From the IMG/VR virus record IMGVR_UViG_2541047543_000003: a stretch of DNA of 64,000 bases; one strand, 5' to 3'. The translations under genes were made by a program, and so were the position numbers. Position 1 is the stretch's first letter; the number at the start of each line of letters is the position of its first letter. Shown here piece by piece: positions 19,451 through 29,747 of this stretch. This DNA is from a virus (Duplodnaviria; Heunggongvirae; Uroviricota; Caudoviricetes). The notes below the pieces were generated by a model. It did not search any database. It saw only the letters and a list, made by a program, of their open reading frames with translations, and was not told the origin of the DNA.

Positions 19451-20295
19451 TTTCTTCCTACCTTTATTTTTTGCTTACTTAATCGTGGGTTAACTATTTC
19501 TTTCCTAAAAGCTCGGTACAAACTTTCAAACCCCTCCCCATGATGAATAGAGTACTTACTACCTATGTCTAATTCATGATGACAAAACTCTTGTATACCA
19601 TGTGCTGCCTGATGACAGAACATGGTGAGCATGTGAAACTGCCATATCTTTGTTGAAAACTGACCTATATCAGGATCGCTTTTAAAAGATGAATACTCTT
19701 CTCTTGTTAGATTTAGGGGTTTACCTAATGGGGAGAAAAATGACTTCATTGCTAAAATGACTTCGCATTGGACTAGACCGTCCTCTGAAAGATTGATTTC
19801 CTCATAAAAACCATACGAGTATTTTCTAGACTGATCCCAATCAAGAGTAACTTTAATGTCAAAGTTCTTTGGAAGTTGAGGTATAAGTTTTCGCGCAACC
19901 GAGATGCATTCTTTTTTTAGTGGTTCAACAAGCTTACTAGAATCTTGCTTGAGCTTTTCGAAAACTTTATTAATTGAAATTTCTTTTTTTTCTTTCTCTA
20001 TGTCCCTGCTCATTGAGTAGATCCAAGACTTAGCTCTATCTCTGCCTATCAATGGTTTACAAACGCATAGATAATCTATACGGTCTCTAAGTAACTCCAT
20101 TTGCTTTACGTCAGAAAATTTGAATGAAGTATCCTTCCCATTAATTTTTTTATTGTTTATGTGAAAAACGCTCGTCATTCTAGTTTCTATGTCTTGAGCC
20201 AGCACAAAGTCTTCAGCGGATAATGAATCCTTGTCCATGCCATGATCATGAACATAGCTAAAAACCAGCATCGGTATTTTTTTTACTATACTCAT
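19447..20295 (-). CDS. hypothetical protein with SprT-like metallopeptidase motif variant
   Basis: CHQAAH (HExxH with E>Q) followed by HHGEGF; overlaps the tdk start. Confidence 0.5.
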   Translation of the reverse strand: MSIVKKIPMLVFSYVHDHGMDKDSLSAEDFVLAQDIETRMTSVFHINNKKINGKDTSFKFSDVKQMELLRDRIDYLCVCKPLIGRDRAKSWIYSMSRDIEKEKKEISINKVFEKLKQDSSKLVEPLKKECISVARKLIPQLPKNFDIKVTLDWDQSRKYSYGFYEEINLSEDGLVQCEVILAMKSFFSPLGKPLNLTREEYSSFKSDPDIGQFSTKIWQFHMLTMFCHQAAHGIQEFCHHELDIGSKYSIHHGEGFESLYRAFRKEIVNPRLSKQKIKVGRK

Positions 20296-20390
20296 AGATT
20301 TGTCTTATCCAAATTGATTTAATGGTCTTATTTTGATAACTTTACATTCTAAATAAACTAAATAACTTTATCAATTATTATGGAGTCATA

Positions 20391-21089
20391 ATGTGTGATC
20401 AAATTCGGCTGAATTCTCAGGCTATTAAAGTGCTAAAAAGCAAAACAGTCTGCCCAGAGACTAGCTTAAACCAACAAATAATAACAACACACAATAAGTT
20501 TGCTCGCACCAATTTCAAGCTAAACTCTGACAAGGTTGTTATTATCTCAAACGAGTTTAAGAGATCTTGTAAGCTTACAAGCTTGTTTATCCATAAAATT
20601 TTAACATTGAAAGATATTGAAACTCTTGATTCCGTTATTTATTTAAATAGGTTTGTTGGCGATCATCTTATCATAGATTTCGATCAACTTAATCATTTAC
20701 TTACCCATGTGAAGTCTGGCACATCACTACCAAAGTACAAAAAGGTCTACATTATCGCAGGTAAAGAAATATGTGATAAGATAATCTATGATGTAAACAT
20801 CCTTTTAAGAAACCCTTCCGATAACCAGAACGTTTTCTTATGTCATTTGGATTCAGAATCTGAAAGCACTAAAAGTAATGAAGTTAGTGAATCATCTTCC
20901 ATGTTGGAAACTACTACATCGGCAAGCATTGACAGTCTAGAAAATGAAGATAATGAAAATGTTCTCATCATTAGCAATAATGATAAAAAAACAAAAAATG
21001 AAAAGTCAGATTTAATTACTGACTCTTCAGGTGATTATGTTGAAGGAATCCCATGTTTTTTACAGGGAAAGAAGATCTCTAACGGGTAA
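20391..21089 (+). CDS. hypothetical protein
   Basis: 232-aa ORF with S/E-rich C-terminal part. Confidence 0.6.
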   Translation: MCDQIRLNSQAIKVLKSKTVCPETSLNQQIITTHNKFARTNFKLNSDKVVIISNEFKRSCKLTSLFIHKILTLKDIETLDSVIYLNRFVGDHLIIDFDQLNHLLTHVKSGTSLPKYKKVYIIAGKEICDKIIYDVNILLRNPSDNQNVFLCHLDSESESTKSNEVSESSSMLETTTSASIDSLENEDNENVLIISNNDKKTKNEKSDLITDSSGDYVEGIPCFLQGKKISNG

Positions 21090-21097
21090 TGATTGAC

Positions 21098-21439
21098 TTA
21101 AACATTAAAACTTTCACCGCAACCACATTGGTCTTTTACATTCGGGTTAATGAACTCAAATCCTTTATTTAACCCTTTTACCTTATAGTCCAGTATTGAA
21201 CCATTTAGCAGCACTAGACTTTTTTCATTTGATACCAATGTTACACCTTTATCCAGGATAATTATGGTTTCTGGCTTATCTTCATACGTAGCTAAATCAT
21301 CTATGAATTCTAAAACATAACTGTAACCTGTACATCCAGAGGTTTTGACCCCTACAAAGAGTCCTACACCCTTTTTTCTTGCTTTGAAGGACTCTTGTAC
21401 CATTCTTGCAGCTTCATCGCTAATACCAATAGGTTGCAT
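21098..21439 (-). CDS. iscA: A-type Fe-S cluster assembly protein
   Basis: VGVKTSGCTGYSY, LDY, FEFINPNVKDQCGCGESF. Confidence 0.95.
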   Translation of the reverse strand: MQPIGISDEAARMVQESFKARKKGVGLFVGVKTSGCTGYSYVLEFIDDLATYEDKPETIIILDKGVTLVSNEKSLVLLNGSILDYKVKGLNKGFEFINPNVKDQCGCGESFNV

Positions 21440-21451
21440 CTTTACCCATTC

Positions 21452-21829
21452 CTATTTTTGTTTTGATTTGTAGTTTGCTATCGCGGCTTTAATTGCATCT
21501 TCAGCTAGAATAGAGCAGTGAACTTTTACTGGCGGTAATTCTAGCTCTTCTGCAATCTGGCTATTAGATATTTCTACAGCCTCATCAACAGTCTTGCCCT
21601 TTACCCATTCGGTGACTAATGAGCTTGACGCAATCGCGGAGCCGCAGCCATATGTTTTGAACTTCGCATCCTTTATGATTCCATTTTCAACTTGAATTTG
21701 AAGCTTCATTACGTCACCACATGCTGGAGCACCTACCATACCAGTCCCAACATCTTTAGATTCTTTATCCATTGACCCAACATTTCTTGGGTTTTCATAA
21801 TGATCGATAACTTTATTAGAATATGCCAT
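21452..21829 (-). CDS. iscU: Fe-S cluster scaffold protein
   Basis: YSNKVIDHYENPRNVGS, GAPACGDVMKLQI, FKTYGCGSAIASSS, LPPVKVHCSILAEDAI. Confidence 0.98.
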   Translation of the reverse strand: MAYSNKVIDHYENPRNVGSMDKESKDVGTGMVGAPACGDVMKLQIQVENGIIKDAKFKTYGCGSAIASSSLVTEWVKGKTVDEAVEISNSQIAEELELPPVKVHCSILAEDAIKAAIANYKSKQK

Positions 21830-22011
21830 TTTTAATACCTGAGTAATTTACTATGGTATTATGTTTTCATATTTAAAGATTAAATTCAAACAATATCTAT
21901 AAAACATGAACCCCTCATTTAAAATGGATCTAAAATCAAAAATACCCATTAATTGACAAACACTTGCGTTTGAAGTAACTTCTATGCATCGTTCTTTATA
22001 TTGGTGCTGAT

Positions 22012-22644
22012 ATGAATAGAGAATCACTTTTACACTCTATAAGTGGTGAAGTCCTAATTGCTACTGAATTGTTCATGGACAACATGTCTACTGTTCAACT
22101 CAACGGGAGTTCCAATAAGGTAAATGTTCAAGACCTAGTTGAAGATATCGTGATTCTATCTAGCTTTCAGGCGTTCACTATATCTGATGACACTCTTAAA
22201 AAGGGGTTTGTAGAATTTATAAATGATACAAACCTTAACTCTGCATATCAAAAAAGTCCCAGTGGCAATGACCCACTTCTAGGCATGAATCATGACGTTT
22301 TTAGCAATATTGTGCTGAAATACAACCACTTTAATGAGGTAAAGCCAAAGTTTCATGATGAGCTTTTCGAAAACTCATTTGATTCAGGCATAGAGTTAAA
22401 AGACGCATCTCTTATCCAAAAACACTTTTCAGGGAAAAGTGAGTTTAACAAACTTCATCCTCTCCTTCGTCGATCTATGCTCCCTACCCAATTAGTTAGG
22501 AATTTTGAAACAACAGGAAATAGTTATTTCTTATTATACATAGATTGCATTCTAAGGTACATTAATGTAAGATATATTGAATACGCTGAAGCATGTGCAA
22601 GAAAGATTGGCATAGCAACGCAAAGAAGAAAAGAAAACCATTGA
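22012..22644 (+). CDS. hypothetical protein
   Basis: 210-aa ORF; TTGACA-17-TAACTT upstream. Confidence 0.6.
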   Translation: MNRESLLHSISGEVLIATELFMDNMSTVQLNGSSNKVNVQDLVEDIVILSSFQAFTISDDTLKKGFVEFINDTNLNSAYQKSPSGNDPLLGMNHDVFSNIVLKYNHFNEVKPKFHDELFENSFDSGIELKDASLIQKHFSGKSEFNKLHPLLRRSMLPTQLVRNFETTGNSYFLLYIDCILRYINVRYIEYAEACARKIGIATQRRKENH

Positions 22645-22721
22645 TGATTGAAGCAGGCTTGCCCTGCTTCTCTATTTAAGTCATTAATTAATTAAATAAA
22701 TAAAATTAAGGAAAGAGACAG

Positions 22722-24788
22722 ATGAATTCTCCTGCTCAGATTTTAAATGATAGTGCAATTGGAACTTTTCAATCACTAATGTTACGTGATGATAAAGGTA
22801 GCTATGAACACTACTTGGCTATGGTGTCATTTGCGAACAAATGCAGCAATCAATATTATGTAAATGATGTATCAATCATTCCTGATGCAGATTACGACAT
22901 CCTGTACCGAGAGATTCAAGGTTTCGAAAATTCCAACCCTGACAAAACGGAACCTACTTCGCCAACTCAGCGTGTAGGCGACAAGCTTTCTGATAAGTTC
23001 AACTCTGTTAAGCACAAGAAGCCTATGCTGTCACTTGATAACGCCTTCGACAATGATGAGCTTAAAAAAACGATGGATGGTAAAGCAAGTGCTGGTGGCA
23101 AATACGTAGCTGAATTGAAGTTGGACGGTCTAGCACTATCTATCTTTTACAAAAACAATAAATTTGCTTACGCTTTGACAAGGGGCGATAAAGAGTTTGG
23201 TGAAGATGTAAGCCATACCGTTAGAACCATTACTGACATTCCTATGGAACTCGATTGTGATGTCATCATCCCAGAGCTTGAGGTTCGAGGTGAAGGCTTT
23301 ATGATGAAGCAGGCGTTAGAAGATTTCAATGCAAAGGCAGAAGCAAATGGTAAGAAGAGCTTATCTAACGCAAGGAACGGTGCTGCTGGCGCTATCCGCC
23401 AACTTGATCCTAAGCTAGCTAAATCAAGAAAGCTTAGTTTCATTCCTTATGGCTTAGGTTATATGGAAAGTGGTGATCTCGAAATTTCTAACAGTCATTT
23501 TGAGCGACTATCCATGCTGCATAAATTTGGCTTCCGTAAAAGCTCATACACCAAACAACTTTCATCACTTGAAGATATGTATAATTTCTATGATGAAATT
23601 GAAAAAATCCGTTCTGATATTCCTTTTGACATCGATGGCATTGTTTTCAAAGTTGATGATGTTGAAAGACAGGAAGAGCTAGGATACACAAACAGAATCC
23701 CGCGTTTTGCCATTGCGAGAAAATTCCCTGCAATGACCGCTAACACGACTTTGAAATCTTCAGATACTCAAGTTGGTCGTACAGGAATTTTGACTCCTAT
23801 GGGGCGCGTAGAGCCTGTACATTGTGGTGGCGTTACTGTGTCCAACATCACCCTTCATAATTTTGAGAAGGTAGAAAAATTCGGCTTGCGAATCGGTGAT
23901 ACTGTAACTATTTCACGCAGAGGCGATGTCATCCCACATCTTGAGGGGGTGCTTGAATCAAATGGTGGTGAACTAATTAAACCGCCAACTCACTGTCCAG
24001 TATGTAATGCACCTACTATGACCAAACCAAATATTGTTGGTATCTTTTGTAGTGCAAGATTAACCTGTCCAGCTCAGGCTATTGAAGCGATCTCTCACTT
24101 CACAGGCAAGAAGCAGATGAATATTGACGGTATTGGTGAAAAGATTGTTGAAGCGCTGTATGAAAAAGGCGCAATTAAAAACGTCCTTGATCTGTACAAA
24201 CTAGATATTGACGACATTCAATATCTACCAGGCAAAGGATTCGCAAGTGCTAAGAAAGCTATTGCGAGCATTGAGGCTTCAAAACATTGCCGTTTGGATA
24301 AGTTCATCAACAGCATTGGTATTCCTGGTGTTGGTGAATCAACGTCAAATGACTTAATGAAATACTTTGGCTCCCTAGACGCTATTATGAATGCCAGCCA
24401 TGATGAATTAATCAAAGTAAATGATGTCGGTGATGGTACGGCAAACAACATCATTGAGTTCTTTGCTAACCAAGAGAACATTGACCTTATCAATGGTCTT
24501 CTTGAAGTAGGAATTACCTTTGAAGAGATCGAATCTGCATCAAGTGAATTAGCAGGTCAAACGTGGGTTGTTACTGGCACATTGGAAAACTTTGATAAAA
24601 ACAGCATCAAAGAACTCCTTCAACAGAAAGGCGCTAAAGTAAGTAGCTCTGTAAGTAAAAAGACAAGCGCTGTTCTTTATGGTGATAAAGCTGGAAGCAA
24701 GCTTTCTAAGGCGCAAGAACTGCAAAACAACGGCGTTGATATTAAGATTTTAAACGAAGCCGACTTCATGGCTCAATACATGAGCTAA
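22722..24788 (+). CDS. ligA: NAD+-dependent DNA ligase
   Basis: ELKLDGLA (KxDG), EVRGE, DIDGIVFK, PRFAIARKF, zinc finger CPVC..C.....C, HhH repeats, BRCT domain. Confidence 0.97.
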   Translation: MNSPAQILNDSAIGTFQSLMLRDDKGSYEHYLAMVSFANKCSNQYYVNDVSIIPDADYDILYREIQGFENSNPDKTEPTSPTQRVGDKLSDKFNSVKHKKPMLSLDNAFDNDELKKTMDGKASAGGKYVAELKLDGLALSIFYKNNKFAYALTRGDKEFGEDVSHTVRTITDIPMELDCDVIIPELEVRGEGFMMKQALEDFNAKAEANGKKSLSNARNGAAGAIRQLDPKLAKSRKLSFIPYGLGYMESGDLEISNSHFERLSMLHKFGFRKSSYTKQLSSLEDMYNFYDEIEKIRSDIPFDIDGIVFKVDDVERQEELGYTNRIPRFAIARKFPAMTANTTLKSSDTQVGRTGILTPMGRVEPVHCGGVTVSNITLHNFEKVEKFGLRIGDTVTISRRGDVIPHLEGVLESNGGELIKPPTHCPVCNAPTMTKPNIVGIFCSARLTCPAQAIEAISHFTGKKQMNIDGIGEKIVEALYEKGAIKNVLDLYKLDIDDIQYLPGKGFASAKKAIASIEASKHCRLDKFINSIGIPGVGESTSNDLMKYFGSLDAIMNASHDELIKVNDVGDGTANNIIEFFANQENIDLINGLLEVGITFEEIESASSELAGQTWVVTGTLENFDKNSIKELLQQKGAKVSSSVSKKTSAVLYGDKAGSKLSKAQELQNNGVDIKILNEADFMAQYMS

Positions 24789-24809
24789 GAATCAATCCTT
24801 TTGCAAATC

Positions 24810-24836
24810 AAAGCCGCATCACTGATGCGGCTTTTT
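24810..24836 (+). terminator. intrinsic terminator after ligA
   Basis: AAAGCCGCATCA-C-TGATGCGGCTTTTT. Confidence 0.85.
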
Positions 24837-24958
24837 ATTTGAATATAAATATTGTTGAGCGATCTGTCGGATCATATAATTCACATAATATAAATAATAA
24901 TAAAAATGAAATGATATGATCTTAAATAAGCAAACTCGCCCAACAAGAAGCTATCAAT

Positions 24959-25436
24959 TTGATAACGCTGACAACTCAATTTTGTTCTCTGCAAGGAAAA
25001 GACCCCCGCATATCTAAATCATATGCTGAATATCACTTATCCTTATTAGAAGATATGAACAGATGCAAGCAAACCATTTCAGAGTCCATTACAGAGTCAT
25101 TACAAAGTGTAAATGGAAAGGTCTGGAAGATTGATATCAAATCTCTTCCACCTATAGGCTTGATTTCATATATTAGTGAGTTAGGACGTGGAATAAGCAA
25201 ATCAAACTTCTGATGAGCATGTTTATATAGTTTCCAAAAAACCCGCAGAAAAGGACGTAATATCTGATGTTATTGCTTATTCAGTAACCGAGGAAATTGT
25301 TGCTACAATTGATTCATTATCGTCAGAGAATGAGATTCAGATGAGAGCCGAAAAAGTTGGTACTAACCTAGTTCTAATGATACCAAACGGAAAAAGGCTA
25401 GATACAACACCAGAAATGGAAAATTCAATTTAATAC
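24959..25436 (+). pseudogene. possible frameshifted hypothetical gene
   Basis: ORF 24959-25213 ends at TGA; an overlapping +1 frame stays open from about 25197 to TAA 25436. Confidence 0.3.
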
Positions 25437-25468
25437 TAAAAGACTGATTAATAATCAGTCTTTTAGTT

Positions 25469-25762
25469 TTAGTTCGGCATAAAAGATAGAATTTTAGCCG
25501 TAATATCGTTAAAAACAGACTCAAAGTCTACTGGAGTGATCTCACCAGCAAATCCCTTATAGCCACTAATGATCTGAATTTGTTTAGAACTAAAAGGTGA
25601 CTGTTTAGTGCTTCTCCAAACCTCTAAAATAGGAACATTGCCAGGTCTGTCTTCACATATTACTACTGCTTGAAGCTGTGAATCCTTATAAATAAGCTTC
25701 ATCGCCCTTTTCAATTCTAGTGACCCAAAATATTGAATAATCGCCTCTTGGTTATTCATCAT
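25469..25762 (-). CDS. hypothetical protein
   Basis: 97-aa ORF. Confidence 0.55.
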   Translation of the reverse strand: MMNNQEAIIQYFGSLELKRAMKLIYKDSQLQAVVICEDRPGNVPILEVWRSTKQSPFSSKQIQIISGYKGFAGEITPVDFESVFNDITAKILSFMPN

Positions 25763-25893
25763 AACTTCTTCTTAATTAGTTTTGTTGATGCGTAGCTAGA
25801 CATTTTAAACAAGACGTAACTTCTAACCTTAGTAGCATCAATCGGGGATAACGGGGATAACTTCTGAAATTCATTTTCTAAAAAAGATGATCT

Positions 25894-26103
25894 TTAGCAA
25901 GATTCACAAGTATCAATGTACCAATATCTTTCCAGTGGATTAAGCTCACCTAAACAACTTTTGCAAGATGTTGATTCAGTTCTAACTGTTAAAGCCTCTA
26001 AATTTTCCTTATGATTAATAACACTTAACCTTTCTTTATCATCGAAAATCAAGGTCATTCTTTCGATTATAGACTCTGCCTTTTGCGATATATCAACACT
26101 CAA
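25894..26103 (-). CDS. small hypothetical protein with CxxC..CxxC
   Basis: CKSC...CESC. Confidence 0.45.
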   Translation of the reverse strand: MSVDISQKAESIIERMTLIFDDKERLSVINHKENLEALTVRTESTSCKSCLGELNPLERYWYIDTCESC

Positions 26104-26199
26104 AACTTTTACATTTGATAATTTTGTTCAATGCTATACTAGAAGCAATATAAAGGTCAATAAAAAGAAGCGCTTTAAGCGCTTCATTCTACAATTCTT

Positions 26200-26838
26200 C
26201 TACTTTGTTCTGTAGATTGGCTTTCTGTTGTAGTCAATTCTACCCTGATTTTGCTTTTCGTAATTCCACCAAAACTTACATTCTTGGTAGTCGTCCCAAT
26301 CTGACATTTCATGGACATTATCTCTACCGCTATAAGGCACTTTAGACAACTGTGTTTTGATATCTGAAATTGTCTTTTGAGTATTGTATTCTTTTTGCTT
26401 AATCAATTTAGCTCGGTTTTCTTCATGCATTTCATTCTGCATTTGATAAGTCGATTCATATTGACCAACCAGCTTTTCATAGCGCTGAATCTGCACTTTA
26501 AATTGTGCTAATGCCCTATATGTATTGTATTGGAATTCATGCGCCTTACGCATGGTCTCATCGATAAATGTTCTATTACTAGAACCGATTCTTGAAACCT
26601 TATCCAGTTCAGCAGAAAGATGACCAAGCTCAGGATAAGGACCATCATAGTCAGCTACTGAACCAAATTCTCGGCTGTAACCTACATTTTTGTAAGTATC
26701 ACAAATTGACATGTAGAGTTGCACATCAACATAACCGTAAGAGTCTTTTTGTAACGAGACATTTTGAGTTGAGTATGCCATTGCAGGAGAAGCTAATAAG
26801 GCAGTTAATATACCTGGTAGCATTAATTTCTTTATCAT
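26200..26838 (-). CDS. secreted hypothetical protein
   Basis: Signal peptide MIKKLMLPGILTALLASPAMA. Confidence 0.75.
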   Translation of the reverse strand: MIKKLMLPGILTALLASPAMAYSTQNVSLQKDSYGYVDVQLYMSICDTYKNVGYSREFGSVADYDGPYPELGHLSAELDKVSRIGSSNRTFIDETMRKAHEFQYNTYRALAQFKVQIQRYEKLVGQYESTYQMQNEMHEENRAKLIKQKEYNTQKTISDIKTQLSKVPYSGRDNVHEMSDWDDYQECKFWWNYEKQNQGRIDYNRKPIYRTK

Positions 26839-26892
26839 TTTTATACCTTTGATTATTTATTGTTCTTTTAAATGTATGTTAAACCAATTTGT

Positions 26893-26921
26893 TTGACATG
26901 GCAAAGCATATGAATTAGATT
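26893..26921 (+). promoter_or_regulatory. sigma70-type promoter of hpf
   Basis: TTGACA-17-TAGATT. Confidence 0.55.
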
Positions 26922-26952
26922 TTAGTTGTGAAATTAAATAAGGAATAAAAAT

Positions 26953-27228
26953 ATGATCCAAATTAACAGCAATAGCTTAGAAGTCACTGATGCAATCCGT
27001 GCTCATGCTGATAAAGTAATCAGCAAGATCAGTGAGCATTTCCATATGGATTCCGCAAACATTTCATATTCTGCCGAAGGAAGTCAGTTCAAAGCAGTGA
27101 TCGATTTCCGAAGCGGTAAGCTTCAAGCAACTGGCACGGCAACCGAACACGACCTGTACAAAGCTTTAACTGATTCGGCAAATAAGGTAGAGAGACAACT
27201 CAAAGATCAAAAAGAGAAATCTCTATAA
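26953..27228 (+). CDS. hpf: ribosome hibernation promoting factor / RaiA family
   Basis: LEVTDAIRAHA, DLYKAL..SANKVERQL..QKEK. Confidence 0.88.
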   Translation: MIQINSNSLEVTDAIRAHADKVISKISEHFHMDSANISYSAEGSQFKAVIDFRSGKLQATGTATEHDLYKALTDSANKVERQLKDQKEKSL

Positions 27229-27335
27229 CAAGAAATCCCAGACTACCGTCTGGGTTTTTTATAAATATAAACTTTGTTGTATAGTAATCCACCAATATGT
27301 TAATATTTAAATAGTAAATAAAAAATAATAAAGGA

Positions 27336-28409
27336 TTGCTTATGAACATTACTGATTTCAGAAAGGCTCATGACCAATTGTTCGATAGCTTGTCAAAAGA
27401 TGAACAAATAAAGCATAAGAGCATTCGAGACACAATCAATAAACATGCGGACACATATTCACAAAGTGGTACTTTTACTGCAAGTGACATTGTCACCCTT
27501 TTGAAAAATCAAAACATAAGCAATTCAGACCACATTACGTACCTGAACAACTTATCTTCCATTCTGGAGAACGAGCAGTATCCAGAAGTTTCTGAGCGTG
27601 TGAAAAAAATCACCGAACACATGAGGAAGTCAAATGAAATTCCTGATGACATGGTTGCAGGGGTTCATTTTGCTCTTAACGAGATTGAAAGATATAAAGG
27701 TAACGATTTAAAAATGCATACCGCATATCTTCAGAATGCGCTTGGTAATAACCAAGATAAGATGTTTGTAAAGGGCGCGTTTCAAGCCATTGAATTCTTT
27801 AATGGCACCTATAAAGCACCCGTAACATCAAGATCTGGCAATATGTCACTGAAACTTGGTATGCCGCAGAAGTTTGTTGATTTTTTAGGTAAGCATGAAA
27901 ATTTATTTAACTCTTTCAGTGAAAATGATAGGAATATTTTTAAGCCCTTTAAAAATCGATTGAATAATTATATTGAGAAACTATGTAGATCTGGCGGAAA
28001 TATAGAAAACATTTCTGTTTGTGATACAATTACATCCCTATTATATCAAAGCAGAAACGAGCCTGAATATTCTAGGTACTTAAAGCTTGTGGATAATATA
28101 TTGGAGAACGAGCAGTATCCAGAAGTCTCTGAGAATAAATTGCAAATAATTTCTCAGATGAGAAAGTCATCCAAAATTCCTGAAGAGGCAAGAGATGGTG
28201 TTAAGTTTGCTTTAGAAAAAATAGAGGCATACAAGGGAAATGCATTGAATAAATATATTAGCGTTATGATGATGGATTTGGATGAAATGAAATCCGAAAA
28301 ATCAAAAGACTTCATAAGCGGAGCAACACAAGCATTGAAGTTTTTCTATCAGCAATTCAAGTTACCTTCGAAGCAAAAATCAGTATCATTTGAGAACACA
28401 ATGAGTTAA
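27336..28409 (+). CDS. hypothetical protein made of two ~179-aa internal repeats
   Basis: ILENEQYPEVSE..K..I...MRKS..IP.....GV.FAL..IE.YKGN occurs twice. Confidence 0.75.
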   Translation: MLMNITDFRKAHDQLFDSLSKDEQIKHKSIRDTINKHADTYSQSGTFTASDIVTLLKNQNISNSDHITYLNNLSSILENEQYPEVSERVKKITEHMRKSNEIPDDMVAGVHFALNEIERYKGNDLKMHTAYLQNALGNNQDKMFVKGAFQAIEFFNGTYKAPVTSRSGNMSLKLGMPQKFVDFLGKHENLFNSFSENDRNIFKPFKNRLNNYIEKLCRSGGNIENISVCDTITSLLYQSRNEPEYSRYLKLVDNILENEQYPEVSENKLQIISQMRKSSKIPEEARDGVKFALEKIEAYKGNALNKYISVMMMDLDEMKSEKSKDFISGATQALKFFYQQFKLPSKQKSVSFENTMS

Positions 28410-28433
28410 AAAAGGAGGCTTAAGCCTCCTTTT
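28409..28433. terminator. bidirectional terminator
   Basis: AAAAGGAGGCT-TA-AGCCTCCTTTT between convergent genes. Confidence 0.85.
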
Positions 28434-28449
28434 AATGATTAACTATAAA

Positions 28450-28866
28450 TTATGCTGACTTAATAAGAAAGTCTTCTTTGCTAGCTCCGTTATCAATAGC
28501 TTTCTGGATTGGAGCTGGTGTACGACCTTGACCAGTCCAGGTCTTTTCATTGCCCTCATGGTCTTTGTAAACGTATTTAGGCGGAAGCTCTTTTCGCTTA
28601 CCCTTTGATACTGCATTGCCTTTAGCTCTCGCTAAAACATCTTCAGCATCAATCCCATCTTCTAGCATCATCTTAACGATAAGATCAAGTTTTTCAGCTT
28701 TTAGAGCTTCTTGCTCAGCTAATTGCTCGTCTTCTTTTTGACGCTCAACTAATAACTCAGCAGCATTTTCATGAATGCGCTCAATTTGCTCAGTACTTAA
28801 TTCACGCAACGCTGGACGCATTGAACGCAAAGACATTAGCTGCTTAATCTCAATAGTTTCAGACAT
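28450..28866 (-). CDS. hns: H-NS family nucleoid-associated protein
   Basis: SLRSMRPALRELSTEQ N-term; PPKYVY....KTWTGQGRTP DNA-binding motif. Confidence 0.95.
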   Translation of the reverse strand: MSETIEIKQLMSLRSMRPALRELSTEQIERIHENAAELLVERQKEDEQLAEQEALKAEKLDLIVKMMLEDGIDAEDVLARAKGNAVSKGKRKELPPKYVYKDHEGNEKTWTGQGRTPAPIQKAIDNGASKEDFLIKSA

Positions 28867-29285
28867 TGTTTCACCTCGGTATTGTTCGGTAGCACCCTAC
28901 TGTGAGAATACTAGACCAACACAACTTTCTATGTCAATTAAATAATTAATATTTATTAGTCATTTAAGCAAAATACTGGTACGGTTTTTTTGATTGAAAA
29001 TTGAGTTGATAGTTTTAGTATTGATACAAAAACCTTACCAATCAATCTCTTACAGTGTTTTATCCTGAGTGGCGTTCTTAATATTAATAAGAACTATGTG
29101 TTTTACTGTGTATAATCACAGATTTAAGTAAAGTCAATTTTTGTGATATCGACCTAATCCCACTGATTATTTGTTCATCAAATGGCAGCAAATCTCGCTT
29201 ATACTACTTCTGATTTCCAGTCTTTTATTGAAGTATTTTCAATTTTTCTGTAGTGTTCTAGAAACAACAATAATGAATTCAACTC

Positions 29286-29723
29286 ATGAAAATCAGAAAA
29301 AAGCATAAGAAGAGAAAGATTGTGATGAAAGACAAAGAAGTGATGGTCTATCACTGCCCTTTCAAGGGTTGCCCAATGAGTAAGGAATGGTTTGGCGATA
29401 CAAAATCTTTACTTGCTCACATGGTTGACACCCACAGTGAAGATGAAATTGAAAAGAGACTTAGATTAAAGAAGAAAGCTGTTAAAATAAGCCCTACAAG
29501 CGATTCAGATGGCTTTAACCTTCCACACTCAATAAACGTATTCGTAAACGATAGACTGCTTGAAGAAGTGTATATAGAAGACATAGGCATCTATGATACA
29601 GAAAACGAGGCTGTCCTATCAAAATGCGAAAGCCTTATAAACCTAAAAAATACTTTTGGACTAACTTTCATCAGTCAAAAGCATAATAGTGGCTCATCAA
29701 CTACGTTAAAATTTAAGAGATAA
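29286..29723 (+). CDS. hypothetical protein with C2H2-type zinc finger
   Basis: CPFKGC...F-x5-L-x2-H-x4-H. Confidence 0.6.
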   Translation: MKIRKKHKKRKIVMKDKEVMVYHCPFKGCPMSKEWFGDTKSLLAHMVDTHSEDEIEKRLRLKKKAVKISPTSDSDGFNLPHSINVFVNDRLLEEVYIEDIGIYDTENEAVLSKCESLINLKNTFGLTFISQKHNSGSSTTLKFKR

Positions 29724-29747
29724 AACCCCCGCCTACTGGGGGCTTTT

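Noticed and set aside
25843-25860. CGGGGATAA direct repeat, two copies
   Set aside because: Too short and too few copies to call iterons or an origin.
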